Source: Tubulanus polymorphus
Lineage: Eukaryota > Animalia > Nemertea
Direction: 5' to 3'
Assembly: GCF_964204645.1 (NCBI RefSeq)
Contig: NC_134027.1
Coordinates: forward strand, 7,472,485 to 7,536,484
DNA: 64,000 nt
The notes beneath the pieces are model-generated. The model searched no databases, had not been told where the DNA came from, and was given only the letters and a program-made list of their open reading frames with translations. A program made the position numbers and the translations under genes. Of this stretch, positions 63,900 to 64,000 are shown piece after piece. The stretch's first letter is position 1. Each line of letters starts with the position of its first letter.

Positions 63900-64000
63900 C
63901 TAAAAATCTTCGTTCAGAAAAGTAATCGCCTACCAGCGGAATTGATAAGAGAGCCGCGGCGGTGAGAGAAAATTTAACGATATGGTAGAGTCGTTACTAG

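Overview
A gene-dense, AT-rich animal genome segment with mostly ~60-120 nt GT-AG introns. A compact-genome marine invertebrate (possibly lophotrochozoan) is inferred; the species cannot be determined. Gene order: an intronless peptide-type class A GPCR with a frameshift (-, runs off the left edge), a ~347 bp (TA)n tract, a METTL27/WBSCR27-like methyltransferase (+), PNKP (-), an UNC-93-like MFS protein (-), METTL3 (+), NRF1 (+), CNOT1 (+), a ~2,890 aa hillarin/KY-family transglutaminase-like protein (-), a prolyl 4-hydroxylase alpha subunit (+), and possible 3' exons of an unidentified minus-strand gene. Most notable: (1) a 6.4 kb phase-0/0 giant exon in the hillarin-like gene encoding about 49 tandem 'L/F-x-D/N-G' hairpin-type repeats; (2) a Helentron-type element in a METTL3 intron carrying four 154-bp repeats, each with a CTCF consensus site; (3) a candidate ~400 nt structured ncRNA between UNC-93 and PNKP; (4) a microhomology-joined template-switch insertion that copied P4HA upstream sequence into a hillarin intron; (5) cassette exons and microexons in NRF1 and CNOT1 that the ORF track misses. 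Exon structures were read by eye and no database searches were run.
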